Assembly: GCA_963812135.1 (NCBI GenBank)
Contig: CAWETU010000001.1
Location: forward strand, 160,001 to 224,000
Direction: 5' to 3'
DNA: 64,000 nucleotides
Source of the DNA: Vulcanimicrobiota bacterium
Lineage (GTDB): Bacteria; Vulcanimicrobiota; Vulcanimicrobiia; Eremiobacterales; Eremiobacteraceae
Each line of letters starts with the position of its first letter. Position 1 is the stretch's first letter. Shown in pieces: positions 19,480-29,305 of this stretch. Below the pieces are notes generated by a model that saw only the letters and a list, made by a program, of their open reading frames with translations, made no database searches and was not told the origin of the DNA. The translations under genes were made by a program, and so were the position numbers.

Positions 19480-20516
19480 CCGGGCGTCGGGCTGCTCGTC
19501 GCGAGCGCCGGAAGGACCTTGATGAAGTTGTCCGCGAGCGCATCGTAGTCCGACGACTGGTAATCCTCGACGTTGCCTTCGTCGCACAGCGCGGCGAGGA
19601 CCGGATCGATCGGCAGCTGCGCCAGCAGCGGCGCCCCGCTCTCTACCACCAACTGCACGCCCTTGCTCGCGCCAAAGGGCTCGTGGCGCGCGCCGGTCTG
19701 CGGGTCGATGAAATACGACATGTTCTCGACCAAGCCGAGCACCGGCGTGTTCAACTGTTGGACGAGCTTGATCGCCTTGCTCACGATCATCGTCGCCAAT
19801 CCTTGCGGCGTGCTCACGAGCACGGCGCCGGACACCGGCAGCGCCTGCAGCACGGTCAGTGGGGCGTCTGACGTTCCCGGCGGCAGATCGATCAAGAGAT
19901 AGTCGACCTTGCCCCATTCGAGGTCGTTGTAGAACTGTTTGATGGCGTTCGACACCATCGGCCCGCGCCAGATGACGGCTTGGTTCTCGCTGTCGAGGAT
20001 CAGGTTCATAGACATGAGCTGGATGCCGGTGCGCGTCACCGGTGGATGCGGTTTGCCGTCCGCGCCTTGATACGGCCGCGCGGTGACGCCGAACATCTTC
20101 GCTTGGCTCGGGCCGGTGATGTCCGCGTCGAGGATGCCGACGCTCAATCCACGGCGGCGCAGCGCGACCGCGAGCAGCGCGGTGACCGCCGACTTGCCGA
20201 CGCCGCCTTTGCCGGACATGACGGCGACCACATGCTCGATGCCGGCCTTGCGTTGGCGTTCCATCGGCGGCACGTGGGCGGCGGCCGCCTTGCGGCGCGG
20301 CGGCGGCACGGTGCCGTCGGCGATGAAGCGTTCGAGGTCCGCCATCAGTGCGGCGAGATCGAGGTTGTGGACGCCGGCACCGCCGCGGATGCTCTCGCGC
20401 GTCGAGACATGACAGCCGGCGCACGGCAGGCCGTGCGCGGCGAACACCGCTTCGGCGCCTTTGTGGGTGTCGACGACGTCGCGGATCAGCGTATCGGGCG
20501 AAAGCGTAGAGGGCAT
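19476..20516 (-). CDS. mrp: DUF1858-like domain fused to Mrp/ApbC (NBP35) P-loop ATPase
   Basis: N-terminal VF..HGLPCAGC; SGKGGVGKS, DADITGPS, WRGP, DLPPGTSD and ENMS motifs. Confidence 0.9.
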   Translation of the reverse strand: MPSTLSPDTLIRDVVDTHKGAEAVFAAHGLPCAGCHVSTRESIRGGAGVHNLDLAALMADLERFIADGTVPPPRRKAAAAHVPPMERQRKAGIEHVVAVMSGKGGVGKSAVTALLAVALRRRGLSVGILDADITGPSQAKMFGVTARPYQGADGKPHPPVTRTGIQLMSMNLILDSENQAVIWRGPMVSNAIKQFYNDLEWGKVDYLLIDLPPGTSDAPLTVLQALPVSGAVLVSTPQGLATMIVSKAIKLVQQLNTPVLGLVENMSYFIDPQTGARHEPFGASKGVQLVVESGAPLLAQLPIDPVLAALCDEGNVEDYQSSDYDALADNFIKVLPALATSSPTPG

Positions 20517-20520
20517 CGCT

Positions 20521-21297
20521 TTAACGTTCGACGCCGGCGCGCGCCGAATCTTCTCGGCGCAACAATCCCGACACCTCGGCCATGCGATTTTCGCACGGAT
20601 GCCCGCTATTATAGAAGAAGCGAGCGCCGCCGGCATGGTCCAGCAAGATGACCGCGCTCGACCGGGTGCCATAGCGTTCGTCCGGCCGGTGCACGCACAG
20701 GCCGCCGTCGTTGCCCCGGTCTCCCGGTGCGTGATCCGAAAGCAGCAGATGGAGGCGCTCGACGAGCGCGAGGTCGTCGAGCTGTGCGATCTCGGTCGCG
20801 GCAGCGAGGGCCAATGCGCGCCGCGCCTTCGGATGGCTTTGGTCGTCCAACGACCAGTTCGTCACCGCATGCACCCCGTCCGACAACGGCACGATGCCAA
20901 GTCCGTCGTCGCCCGCTTGCGCGGCGAACCCCGCGTGCGCGTCCATCGCCACCAGCACGAATGGGTTGTACGCGCTTGTGTCTTCCGCGCGCAACGCAGA
21001 CTCGATGTCGTCCAGCGTCGCGCGTTGCACCAGCTCGAGCACAAGTCTGCCGCGTGAGCGCTTGGCTGGGTCGTGGCGTCCGGCGCCGCGCCGGTTGGTG
21101 AGCGCGACGACGATGCCGTGCTCTGAGACCGCAAGCCAGGTGCCGCCCGCCGATTCGTCGCGGCCGCCGACGACGAGCGGATGTTCGCTCAAACGCATCG
21201 GGTCGGACGCGGGCCGGCCTTCGAACTCGTCACGATTGGCGGCGACCACGATCGGGTGATCCGGGTGGCGGTTTTTCCAGACGAGCAGCGTGCACAC
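20521..21297 (-). CDS. NRDE/TANGO2 family protein
   Basis: N-terminal Cys (CTL), AANRDEF, GRD..AGGTW, YGTRSS. Confidence 0.92.
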   Translation of the reverse strand: MCTLLVWKNRHPDHPIVVAANRDEFEGRPASDPMRLSEHPLVVGGRDESAGGTWLAVSEHGIVVALTNRRGAGRHDPAKRSRGRLVLELVQRATLDDIESALRAEDTSAYNPFVLVAMDAHAGFAAQAGDDGLGIVPLSDGVHAVTNWSLDDQSHPKARRALALAAATEIAQLDDLALVERLHLLLSDHAPGDRGNDGGLCVHRPDERYGTRSSAVILLDHAGGARFFYNSGHPCENRMAEVSGLLRREDSARAGVER

Positions 21298-21388
21298 GCG
21301 GATGGGCTTCGGCCCGCAAGGAGGGACTTTCCCGCTCGCGAACCGGACAAGACTTTCATCACGTCCACGTCTGAAGGAGCGAGCTACG

Positions 21389-22636
21389 ATGCATCGTCCA
21401 TGGGTCATGTTCGCGCTGGCCGCCCTGCTCATCGGCGGCTGCGCGAAGCAGTCGAGTTCGACGTCGCCGTCGACGTCCGCGGGCAATGCGGCAGGCAACG
21501 TCATCAAGATCGGCATCGACCTGCCCATCTCAGGTGCGGACGCGTCAATCGGCGTACCAACGCAGTACGGTGCGCAGTTGGCGATCAAGCAGGCGAACGA
21601 CAAGAACCTCGTCCCCGGCTTCACGTTCGAAGCCGACGTGCTCGACGATGCGGTCAACGGGGTCCATGACCCGGCGCAAGGCGCGAAGAACATCGAGACC
21701 TTCGGCGCCGATCCGGCGGTGCTCGGCGTCATCGGACCGTTCAACAGCTCGGTCGCGCGCGCGGAGATCCCGCTGGCGAACAGCCTGCTGCTGCCGCTCA
21801 TCAGTCCGTCGAACACGAACCCCACGCTCACCAAGGGAGCGGATGCGCTCGCGATGCGCAAAGACCATCCGGACGAGATCACCTATTTCCGCGTGTGCAC
21901 GACCGACGACATCCAGGGTCCGGCCGGTGCGACGTACGAGTACACCAAACTCGGCGCCCGGCGCGCGTACGTCATCGACGACAACGAGACCTACGGCAAG
22001 GGCGTCGCCGACCAGTGGGAAGCCGCCTTCAAGAAGCTGGGCGGCACGATTCTCGGCCACGACCACATCACCAAAGGCCAGCAAGACTTCCACGCGCTGC
22101 TCACGCGGGTCGCGAGCACCCATCCCGACATCGTGTTCTTCGGCGGCAACACATCCACAGGTGGCGGTCTGATCCGCAAGCAGATGCCCGATGCCGGTCT
22201 TGGGGCGACGACCTACGCCGGCGCCGACGGGATCAGCGACGATCAGTTCCTCAAAGATGCGGGCGCGACCGCCGACAATGTCTGGGTCACCGTCGCGTCG
22301 GTCAACGCGACCAAGCTGCCCGCGGCCGCGCAATTCCTCAAGGACTATCAGGCCGAGTACCATCAGCCCGTCGGTCCGTACTCCGCGAACTCGTACGCCG
22401 CCGCGTCGGTCTTGATCAACGCGATCGGCGAAGCGGTCAAGGCCAATGGCGGCAAGGCACCCACGCGCGAGCAAGTGCTCGAGCAGCTGCGCAAGACGAA
22501 GGACTTCCCAAGCGTCGTCGGCACGTTCTCGTTCGACCAGAACGGCGACACGACGAACCGCATCATCTCGTTCTACGAAGCAGTCAAAGACAAGTGGAAC
22601 TTCGTCACGCAGCAGAACTTCACGGGCGCGCCGTAA
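21389..22636 (+). CDS. livK: Branched-chain amino acid ABC transporter substrate-binding lipoprotein
   Basis: Lipobox IGGC; IKIG...P.SG; VIGPFNS; ISPSNT; first gene of the liv operon. Confidence 0.9.
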   Translation: MHRPWVMFALAALLIGGCAKQSSSTSPSTSAGNAAGNVIKIGIDLPISGADASIGVPTQYGAQLAIKQANDKNLVPGFTFEADVLDDAVNGVHDPAQGAKNIETFGADPAVLGVIGPFNSSVARAEIPLANSLLLPLISPSNTNPTLTKGADALAMRKDHPDEITYFRVCTTDDIQGPAGATYEYTKLGARRAYVIDDNETYGKGVADQWEAAFKKLGGTILGHDHITKGQQDFHALLTRVASTHPDIVFFGGNTSTGGGLIRKQMPDAGLGATTYAGADGISDDQFLKDAGATADNVWVTVASVNATKLPAAAQFLKDYQAEYHQPVGPYSANSYAAASVLINAIGEAVKANGGKAPTREQVLEQLRKTKDFPSVVGTFSFDQNGDTTNRIISFYEAVKDKWNFVTQQNFTGAP

Positions 22637-22649
22637 GCCGTCTGCCCGC

Positions 22650-23570
22650 GTGGCATATTTCTTCCAGCAGCTGATCAACGGTTTAGCCCAAGGCGGGATG
22701 TACGCGCTCATCGCCTTGGGCTATACCATGGTCTACGGCATCATCGAGCTGATCAATTTCGCGCACGGCGACGTCTTTACGCTCGGCACGTTCTTGTGCA
22801 TCGCGATCCTCGCGCTGATCGGCGTCGCTGAGGGCGGCCATATCATCGGTGGATGGGAAGGCGCCGGCATCTCGCTGCTCGTCATCGTGATGGCGGCCCT
22901 GCTGTGCGGCGTCATCGGCGTGCTCATCGAACGCTTCGCCTACCGCCGGCTGCGCAACGCGCCGCGCCTGGCGCCGCTGATAACCGCCATCGGGGTCTCG
23001 TTCCTGCTGCAGGGCATCATGCGCAACTGGAAGGGGCCCTCCGAAATATCGTTCCCGCAGTTCCTGCCAAACCCGGCGTTCATATATGGCGGCGTGCGCG
23101 TCGACGCGCGCGAACTGCTCGTGGTCGGCGTCAGCATCGTCATGATGATCGCGCTGCAGGTCTTCATCTATAACACCAAGCTCGGCAAGGCGATGCGCGC
23201 GACCGCGCAAGACCGCGACGCGGCGCAGCTCATGGGCATCAACGTCAACTCGACGATCGCGTGGACGTTCTTCATCGGCTCGGCGCTTGCCGGCGTCGCC
23301 GGCTTCATCTCCGGCATGTACTTCGGCTCGGTCGCGTTCACCAACGGCTATCAAGCCGGCCTCAAGGCATTCACCGCCGCAGTGCTCGGCGGCATCGGCA
23401 ACATCGCCGGCGCGATGCTCGGCGGCTTCCTGATCGGCATCGTTGAGGCGTTCACCTCGGGCTATATCTCCGATCAATGGACCAATGTGGTGGTGTTCTC
23501 CATCCTGGTCTTGATCTTGGTCTTCCGGCCAAGCGGCTTGCTGGGCGAACAGTTGCCGGAGAAGGTGTGA
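22650..23570 (+). CDS. livH: Branched-chain amino acid ABC permease
   Basis: YALIALGYTMVYGI..LINFAHG; GLKAFTAAVLGGIG. Confidence 0.95.
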   Translation: MAYFFQQLINGLAQGGMYALIALGYTMVYGIIELINFAHGDVFTLGTFLCIAILALIGVAEGGHIIGGWEGAGISLLVIVMAALLCGVIGVLIERFAYRRLRNAPRLAPLITAIGVSFLLQGIMRNWKGPSEISFPQFLPNPAFIYGGVRVDARELLVVGVSIVMMIALQVFIYNTKLGKAMRATAQDRDAAQLMGINVNSTIAWTFFIGSALAGVAGFISGMYFGSVAFTNGYQAGLKAFTAAVLGGIGNIAGAMLGGFLIGIVEAFTSGYISDQWTNVVVFSILVLILVFRPSGLLGEQLPEKV

Positions 23571-24661
23571 TGGATTTCGTGCGCCGCCGCGTGCGTCTGC
23601 CGCTCGGGTTCGGCGAGGCGACGCTGCTGCAAGCCGTTGGCCTGTTCGCGGTCATCGCGCTGTTCGCGCTGTTCCCGCTGCTCGATCCTAACCAAGGCCA
23701 CGTCTCGGCGGTCGCCGACGCGGGTTACTTCCTCTTATTGGTGTTCGGCTTGAACATCGTCGTCGGTTTCGCGGGCCTGCTCGATCTCGGCTACGCCGCG
23801 TTTTTCGCGATCGGCGCCTACACATACGCGATGGTCGCCTCGACGCAATTCAATCTCCACTTCAACTTCTGGCCGATGCTGATCATGAGCGCATGCGTGG
23901 CTGCACTGTTCGGCGTCATCCTGGGTTTTCCGACGCTGCGCTTGCGCGGCGACTACCTGGCGATCGTCACGCTCGGCTTCGGCGAGATCGTGCCGCAGGT
24001 GTTCCTCAATCTCGACAAGTACACCGGCGGCCCGAACGGCGTCTCAAACGTCGACCAGCCGGTGCTGTTCGGCTACCACTTCGGCTTCCACCCGATCCCG
24101 TATTACTATCTCTACGTCGTCGTGATCCTCATCGCGCTGGTGCTGCTGAACAATCTGAAGCACTCGCGCCTCGGCCGCGCGTGGATGGCGATCCGTGAGG
24201 ACGAGCTCGCCGCGACGCATATGGGCGTCAATCCGGTGACCACCAAGCTGCTCGCCTTTGCGATGGGTGCGTCGTTCGCTGGGCTCGCGGGCTGCATCTA
24301 CGCGGCCAAGCTCACGCTCATCAGTCCCGACGAGTTCAACTTCTCGGTCTCGGTGACGGTCTTGTCGGCGATCGTGCTCGGCGGCATGGGCAGTCTGCTC
24401 GGCGCGTTCATCGGCGGCCTGCTCTTGGCGCTGCTCAACTTCATGGTGCTGCCGCAGGTCACCAACTGGACCCATGCCCTCGGCGCGGCGCTGCACAACG
24501 ACGCGATCCAGAACGCTGACCTGCACTACATCATCTACGGACTGATCCTCGTACTCGTGATGCTCTTCCGGCCCGAGGGCCTGATCTCGAGCGCGTCGCG
24601 GCGCGCCGAGCTGCACCACGCGCAACCGGCCGCGTCCGCCGCGGCGGCGGGTGTCGAATGA
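23570..24661 (+). CDS. livM: Branched-chain amino acid ABC permease
   Basis: GLNIVVGFAGLLDLGY; LRLRGDYLAIVTLGFGEI. Confidence 0.95.
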   Translation: MDFVRRRVRLPLGFGEATLLQAVGLFAVIALFALFPLLDPNQGHVSAVADAGYFLLLVFGLNIVVGFAGLLDLGYAAFFAIGAYTYAMVASTQFNLHFNFWPMLIMSACVAALFGVILGFPTLRLRGDYLAIVTLGFGEIVPQVFLNLDKYTGGPNGVSNVDQPVLFGYHFGFHPIPYYYLYVVVILIALVLLNNLKHSRLGRAWMAIREDELAATHMGVNPVTTKLLAFAMGASFAGLAGCIYAAKLTLISPDEFNFSVSVTVLSAIVLGGMGSLLGAFIGGLLLALLNFMVLPQVTNWTHALGAALHNDAIQNADLHYIIYGLILVLVMLFRPEGLISSASRRAELHHAQPAASAAAAGVE

Positions 24662-25425
24662 GCGCACGTTTGCTTTCCATTGAAAGGCTGACCAAACGCT
24701 TCGGCGGGCTGGTCGCGGTGAAAGATCTGACGCTGCACGTCGACGCCGGCTCGATCGCCAGTCTCATCGGTCCCAACGGCGCCGGCAAGTCGACGGTGTT
24801 CAACGTCATCACCGGTATCTACACCCCAACGGCCGGCTCGATCGTCTTCGATGGCACCTCAATAGTCGGGCTCAAACCGCACCAAGTCGCGGCCGCCGGC
24901 ATCATGCGCACGTTCCAGAACATCCGTCTGTTCGCGTTCATGACGGTGCTCGAGAATGTGATGGTCGGCCAGCAGACGCGCATGCACGCGACGCCACTCG
25001 ACAGCGCGCTGCACACGCCGCGCGCACAGCGCGAGGAAGGCACCGTTGCGGAGCGTGCCATGGAACTGCTCGACTTCGTCGGACTCACGAAATACGCGGG
25101 CGAGTGGGCCCGCAATCTGCCGTACGGCATGCAGCGCCGCCTCGAGATCGCACGCGCGCTGGGGCCGCGGCCGCAGCTGCTTTTGCTGGACGAACCCGCT
25201 GCCGGTGCAAACCCCTCGGAAAAACGCGATCTCATGGAGCTCGTCCGCTCGATCCGCGACCGCGGCGTGACGGTGTTCCTCATCGAACACGACATGAAGC
25301 TCGTCATGGGCATCTCCGATTTCGTCCACGTGCTCGACTATGGTGAGAAAATCAGCGAGGGCCTCCCCGAGCAGGTGCGGCGCGATCCAAGAGTGATCGA
25401 AGCGTATCTCGGCAAGGGCGCATGA
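24658..25425 (+). CDS. livG: Branched-chain amino acid ABC ATPase
   Basis: FGGLVAV, GPNGAGKS, RTFQNIRLF, LLDEPAAG. Confidence 0.95.
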   Translation: MSARLLSIERLTKRFGGLVAVKDLTLHVDAGSIASLIGPNGAGKSTVFNVITGIYTPTAGSIVFDGTSIVGLKPHQVAAAGIMRTFQNIRLFAFMTVLENVMVGQQTRMHATPLDSALHTPRAQREEGTVAERAMELLDFVGLTKYAGEWARNLPYGMQRRLEIARALGPRPQLLLLDEPAAGANPSEKRDLMELVRSIRDRGVTVFLIEHDMKLVMGISDFVHVLDYGEKISEGLPEQVRRDPRVIEAYLGKGA

Positions 25426-26138
25426 GCTCCGTCCTCGCGCTGGACGGCATTGAGACGTTCTATGGGCGCATCCAAGCGTTGCGCGGGGTCAGCCTGGAGG
25501 TGCGCGCCGGCGAAATCGTCGCGCTCATCGGCGGCAACGGCGCGGGGAAGACCACGACGCTGCGCACGATCTCTGGGCTCGTGCGGCCAGCCCGTGGGCA
25601 CGTGCGCTTGGGCGAGCGCGATATCACGACGACGATCCCTGACGAGATCGTGCGCTTGGGCGTCGTCCAAGTGCCGGAAGGCCGGCGCATCTTTCCGCGC
25701 ATGACCGTGTTGGAGAACTTGCAGCTCGGCGCATACGCGCGCTCCGACCAAGCTGATATCAGAACCGATATGGAAGAGGTGTACGCACTTTTTCCGCGCT
25801 TGGCGGAGCGCCAGGCGCAAAAGGGGGGCACGCTTTCAGGCGGCGAGCAGCAGATGCTCGCGATCGGCCGCGCGATGATGGCTCGCCCGAAAATCCTGTT
25901 GCTCGACGAACCCTCGCTCGGGCTGTCGCCGATCTTGGTCGAGACGATCTTCACGGTGATCGCCGACATCAACAAACGCGGCGTGCCTATTCTGCTGATC
26001 GAGCAGAACGCGCGCAAGGCGCTGCAGATCGCGAACCGCGGCTACGTGCTCGAGACAGGCTCGATCGTCAAAGAAGGCCCCGCGAGTGCGCTGCTCGCGG
26101 ACGACGACGTGCGCAAGGCGTATCTAGGCGAAGACTGA
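25422..26138 (+). CDS. livF: Branched-chain amino acid ABC ATPase
   Basis: GGNGAGKT, VPEGRRIF, LSGGEQQMLA. Confidence 0.95.
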   Translation: MSSVLALDGIETFYGRIQALRGVSLEVRAGEIVALIGGNGAGKTTTLRTISGLVRPARGHVRLGERDITTTIPDEIVRLGVVQVPEGRRIFPRMTVLENLQLGAYARSDQADIRTDMEEVYALFPRLAERQAQKGGTLSGGEQQMLAIGRAMMARPKILLLDEPSLGLSPILVETIFTVIADINKRGVPILLIEQNARKALQIANRGYVLETGSIVKEGPASALLADDDVRKAYLGED

Positions 26139-26157
26139 TCCCAACGTGCGTTGAGAA

Positions 26158-27534
26158 CTACGGGGTCACAGGATCCACGCGCAGTTCGAGCCCCGTCGTC
26201 GGCGCGCCGTTCTCGAATAGCGGGAAGCGCGTCATGTTCAGAAACAATAGCGCGTTGCCGGTCGAGATCCGCGCGTTCAACGCGTAGTGGTGCTTCGGAT
26301 CGATCTTCGTGGGGTCGTACCCGAGGCTGAATGCGATCGGCACCTGATGGGTGACCGGGATGTCAACGGCCGAGATCACGACCGCCGGAGCATCCTCAAG
26401 AGTGACATCGTCGATTTCGACGTGCATGACCGCGGTCGCCGGAAGAGCCACACGCTGAACGTACGTCACGACGCCGCTGACCTGCGCTTGTGCCACAGCG
26501 ACGGGCGATGGTGACGGCGACGCCGCAGGCGGCGGCGAGAGCTTGATGACGTAGTCGTCTTGATCGCCGCCATAGGCGATCCACACGCTGTGCGTCTTCG
26601 AATCGAGCGCCAACGTACGAGCGCCCCGAGGAATGGTGACATCGCCGATGCGATCGAAGGCGTCGCCGGTGTCGCCGACGACTGTGAGCAGGCCGGTACC
26701 GGTCGCGCAGTAGACTTTGTTCGCCACCGGATCGTAGACGATCTGGTCGACGCGCGGCGGGATGTCGATCGTCTGCGTGACCTGGCCGGTGCCCAGATCC
26801 ATCACAACGAGCTTGCCGTTGGTCCCTGCGCTGAACAGGCGCCTACCTTTGCCATCAACGGCGATCCCGCGTGGATCCGTCGCGGGCGCTATCGGCCACG
26901 TCGCGGTCACGGTATTGGTGTTCGGGTCGATCACGACCACCGAACTGACCGAGCTGATGTTCTGATAGATCTTGTCGGTTACGGGATCGTACACCATAGA
27001 CTGTGGGCCCTTGGGTACCTGGACCGGGAATTGCATCAGTCGATCGTACTTGCCCACAACGACCCAGTCCTCGGCGCCGTCCGCATGCGCCGCGAACAAT
27101 CTATTGTTCTTCGAGTCGAAGGCCACCGCGCCGACCGGGCCGTTCGTGTAGATGCGCTGGTTCTCGACGAGCCAACGGCGGTTAAGCTGCGAGATGTAGC
27201 CCTCGTCCGTACCGACGAATATCTTGCCGTCGTAGACGTCGACGGCGACGCCGCGGCCCGGGCCGACCGTGACGCGCCGCTCGACTTCGCCGCTGTCGAG
27301 GTTGACGACGAGCAGCTCGTTGCTGCTCGTGTGGGCAGCGATCAACCGCCGGTATTTGTCGTCGATCGTAAGTGAGTCAAAGCGCCCGACGGCGCGCGGC
27401 ACGGGGATCGGCGTTCCCACCGTCATGAGCTGGCGGGGGACGTCGGCCGCGTGACCGGAGCGCGTGTCCGAAAGCGCGGCGAGAGCGACGAGCGACAGTG
27501 CGAGTGCGCCCACCAAAATTCGAGACGTTGTCAT
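26158..27534 (-). CDS. YncE/YVTN beta-propeller with C-terminal YbaY-like domain
   Basis: Signal peptide; YVTN-type blades; SP linker; C-terminal VSG.VTY..RVALP..A......DV...DAPA (YbaY). Confidence 0.8.
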   Translation of the reverse strand: MTTSRILVGALALSLVALAALSDTRSGHAADVPRQLMTVGTPIPVPRAVGRFDSLTIDDKYRRLIAAHTSSNELLVVNLDSGEVERRVTVGPGRGVAVDVYDGKIFVGTDEGYISQLNRRWLVENQRIYTNGPVGAVAFDSKNNRLFAAHADGAEDWVVVGKYDRLMQFPVQVPKGPQSMVYDPVTDKIYQNISSVSSVVVIDPNTNTVTATWPIAPATDPRGIAVDGKGRRLFSAGTNGKLVVMDLGTGQVTQTIDIPPRVDQIVYDPVANKVYCATGTGLLTVVGDTGDAFDRIGDVTIPRGARTLALDSKTHSVWIAYGGDQDDYVIKLSPPPAASPSPSPVAVAQAQVSGVVTYVQRVALPATAVMHVEIDDVTLEDAPAVVISAVDIPVTHQVPIAFSLGYDPTKIDPKHHYALNARISTGNALLFLNMTRFPLFENGAPTTGLELRVDPVTP

Positions 27535-27548
27535 GTTCGTTTGCCTCT

Positions 27549-28193
27549 TTAGGCGACCTTGGCGCCGACGCCCACGCCATCGCCGAGCGGTAGAATAGTA
27601 GCATTCAATGCCGGATGCTGTAAAAACTGTTCGTTGAAAGAGCGGATCGCCGTCGTGGTCGCTTCGTCGTCCGGCCGCGGCGGCGCGGCCGAGCGATGGT
27701 GCCACAACAAGTTGTCGACGATGATCAGCCCGGAACGCTTGACCAGCGGTATCGCCAGCTTGAGATAGGCCGCGTACTCCTCTTTGAGCGCGTCCAACAA
27801 CACGATGTCATAGATGTTTTTCGGCAGCTTGCGCATCACGTCGAGCGCCGGCTGATTCATGATCTCGATCCGATCGGCGACGCCCGCACGCTCGAAGAAA
27901 CTGCGCGCGATATCCGTGCGCGCGCTGTCCGGATCGATCGTCCAGATGCGACCAGTCTCCGGTTGCGCGCGCGCCATCCAGAGCGTGGAGCAGCCGTACG
28001 CGGTGCCGACCTCCAGGATGTTGCCGGCCAGCATGGAGCTCACCATCACCGAGAGGAACCGTCCGACCTCTCGCGAGACGATCGGGATGTTCTCGCGCTC
28101 TCCGCGCGCCTCGAGCTCGAGCATCAACGCATCGGGCTCACCTTGCACGCGGCGCAGGTATTCGAAATCGGGGCCGAGCGCGTGATCCAACAT
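27549..28193 (-). CDS. O-methyltransferase (Methyltransf_3)
   Basis: ILEVGTAYG.S, D..LLDA.K, VDN.LW. Confidence 0.9.
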   Translation of the reverse strand: MLDHALGPDFEYLRRVQGEPDALMLELEARGERENIPIVSREVGRFLSVMVSSMLAGNILEVGTAYGCSTLWMARAQPETGRIWTIDPDSARTDIARSFFERAGVADRIEIMNQPALDVMRKLPKNIYDIVLLDALKEEYAAYLKLAIPLVKRSGLIIVDNLLWHHRSAAPPRPDDEATTTAIRSFNEQFLQHPALNATILPLGDGVGVGAKVA

Positions 28194-29272
28194 CAGGCGC
28201 GCTTCCGCGAAACGCCGAGGCGCACCGCTTTTCCGGAACTCGCCGAGCGGCGCGCGGCGTCGAGCACTTCTTGCACTTTCAATCCATCCTCAAAAGTCGG
28301 AACCGTCGATGGTTTTCCGGCGAGGTGATCGAGCATCTCGCTCACCAACGTGTAGAACGGACCGATCAGGCGGTGGCCAGCGGAGCCCAAACGGCGCGGG
28401 AAACGCGCGGGCGCGGTGACCGGCACCGGATCGCGGCCGGCGCGCAAACCGAAGATCTCGGCATCATCGCGGATCAACAACGCGCCCTTGGAACCGGTGA
28501 TGAAGATCGAGCTGTGCTGGGCGTTGGCGGTCGCGGTGAGGTCGATGGATGCGATCGCCCCGCTCGCTGTCTCCAGCACGACGGCGAAATTGTCGTCGGC
28601 GTCGACGGTCCCCATCGCGCCGTCAGGCCGCGCGCGTTTCTTGATTCGCGTCTGCAGCGTCGCTTTCACTTCGCGCACGTCGCCGGCAAGCCAGCGGCAG
28701 TAGTCGATGTAGTGCGAACCGAGCGCGCCGAGCACGCCGCCGCCATCCGCGCGGCGCGATTGCCATCCGTACCGCAACGTGCTCGACGGGTGCATCCACG
28801 GCGTCGCTTCGTTGATCATGATGCGTTCGACGTCCCCGAGCCAGCCATCGTCCACGAGCGTTTTCGCGCGCAGACGTGCGGGGATATATCGGAACTCGTG
28901 GTCCAACAGACCCACTCGTTTGGCGCGCTTGGCCGCGACAACCATACCGCGCGCTTGCGCGGCCGAGAGTGCGAAGGGCTTCTCGCACAGCACGTGCTTG
29001 CCGGCGCGCAGCGCGGCGAGCGCGATCGGGGCATGCAGGTTGGGCGGCGTGACGATGCTGACCAGATCGACATCGCGCCGCGCGACGCATTTGCGATAAT
29101 CGTCCGTAAAGAACGGTATCTCGAACTGGCTGGCTGCGGCTTTGGCGCGTTCGATCGATCCGGAGCAAACGGCGACCACGTCGGTCTGCGGATGCTCGCC
29201 GAACACCGGCAGCTGCACGCGCGCGCCGAACCCCATGCCCACCACCGCGACGCGGAGCGTTCCTGTTGCCAC
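28193..29272 (-). CDS. Gfo/Idh/MocA oxidoreductase
   Basis: VVG.GFG, AGKHVLCEKP, GGG.L...GSH.ID. Confidence 0.92.
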   Translation of the reverse strand: MATGTLRVAVVGMGFGARVQLPVFGEHPQTDVVAVCSGSIERAKAAASQFEIPFFTDDYRKCVARRDVDLVSIVTPPNLHAPIALAALRAGKHVLCEKPFALSAAQARGMVVAAKRAKRVGLLDHEFRYIPARLRAKTLVDDGWLGDVERIMINEATPWMHPSSTLRYGWQSRRADGGGVLGALGSHYIDYCRWLAGDVREVKATLQTRIKKRARPDGAMGTVDADDNFAVVLETASGAIASIDLTATANAQHSSIFITGSKGALLIRDDAEIFGLRAGRDPVPVTAPARFPRRLGSAGHRLIGPFYTLVSEMLDHLAGKPSTVPTFEDGLKVQEVLDAARRSASSGKAVRLGVSRKRA

Positions 29273-29305
29273 GTGGCCTTTCTTTCGGCCGAATAGAGTC
29301 GGCCG

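Noticed and set aside
19093..20424. 443-aa ORF overlapping mrp
   Set aside because: Only the last 128 aa (lipoprotein from GTG 19479) look genuine; the rest is an alternate frame of mrp.
21545..25820. Long antisense and alternate-frame ORFs over the liv operon (also over gdh, the PRTase, polX and others)
   Set aside because: Expected shadow ORFs in high-GC DNA; Arg/Ala-rich with no motifs.
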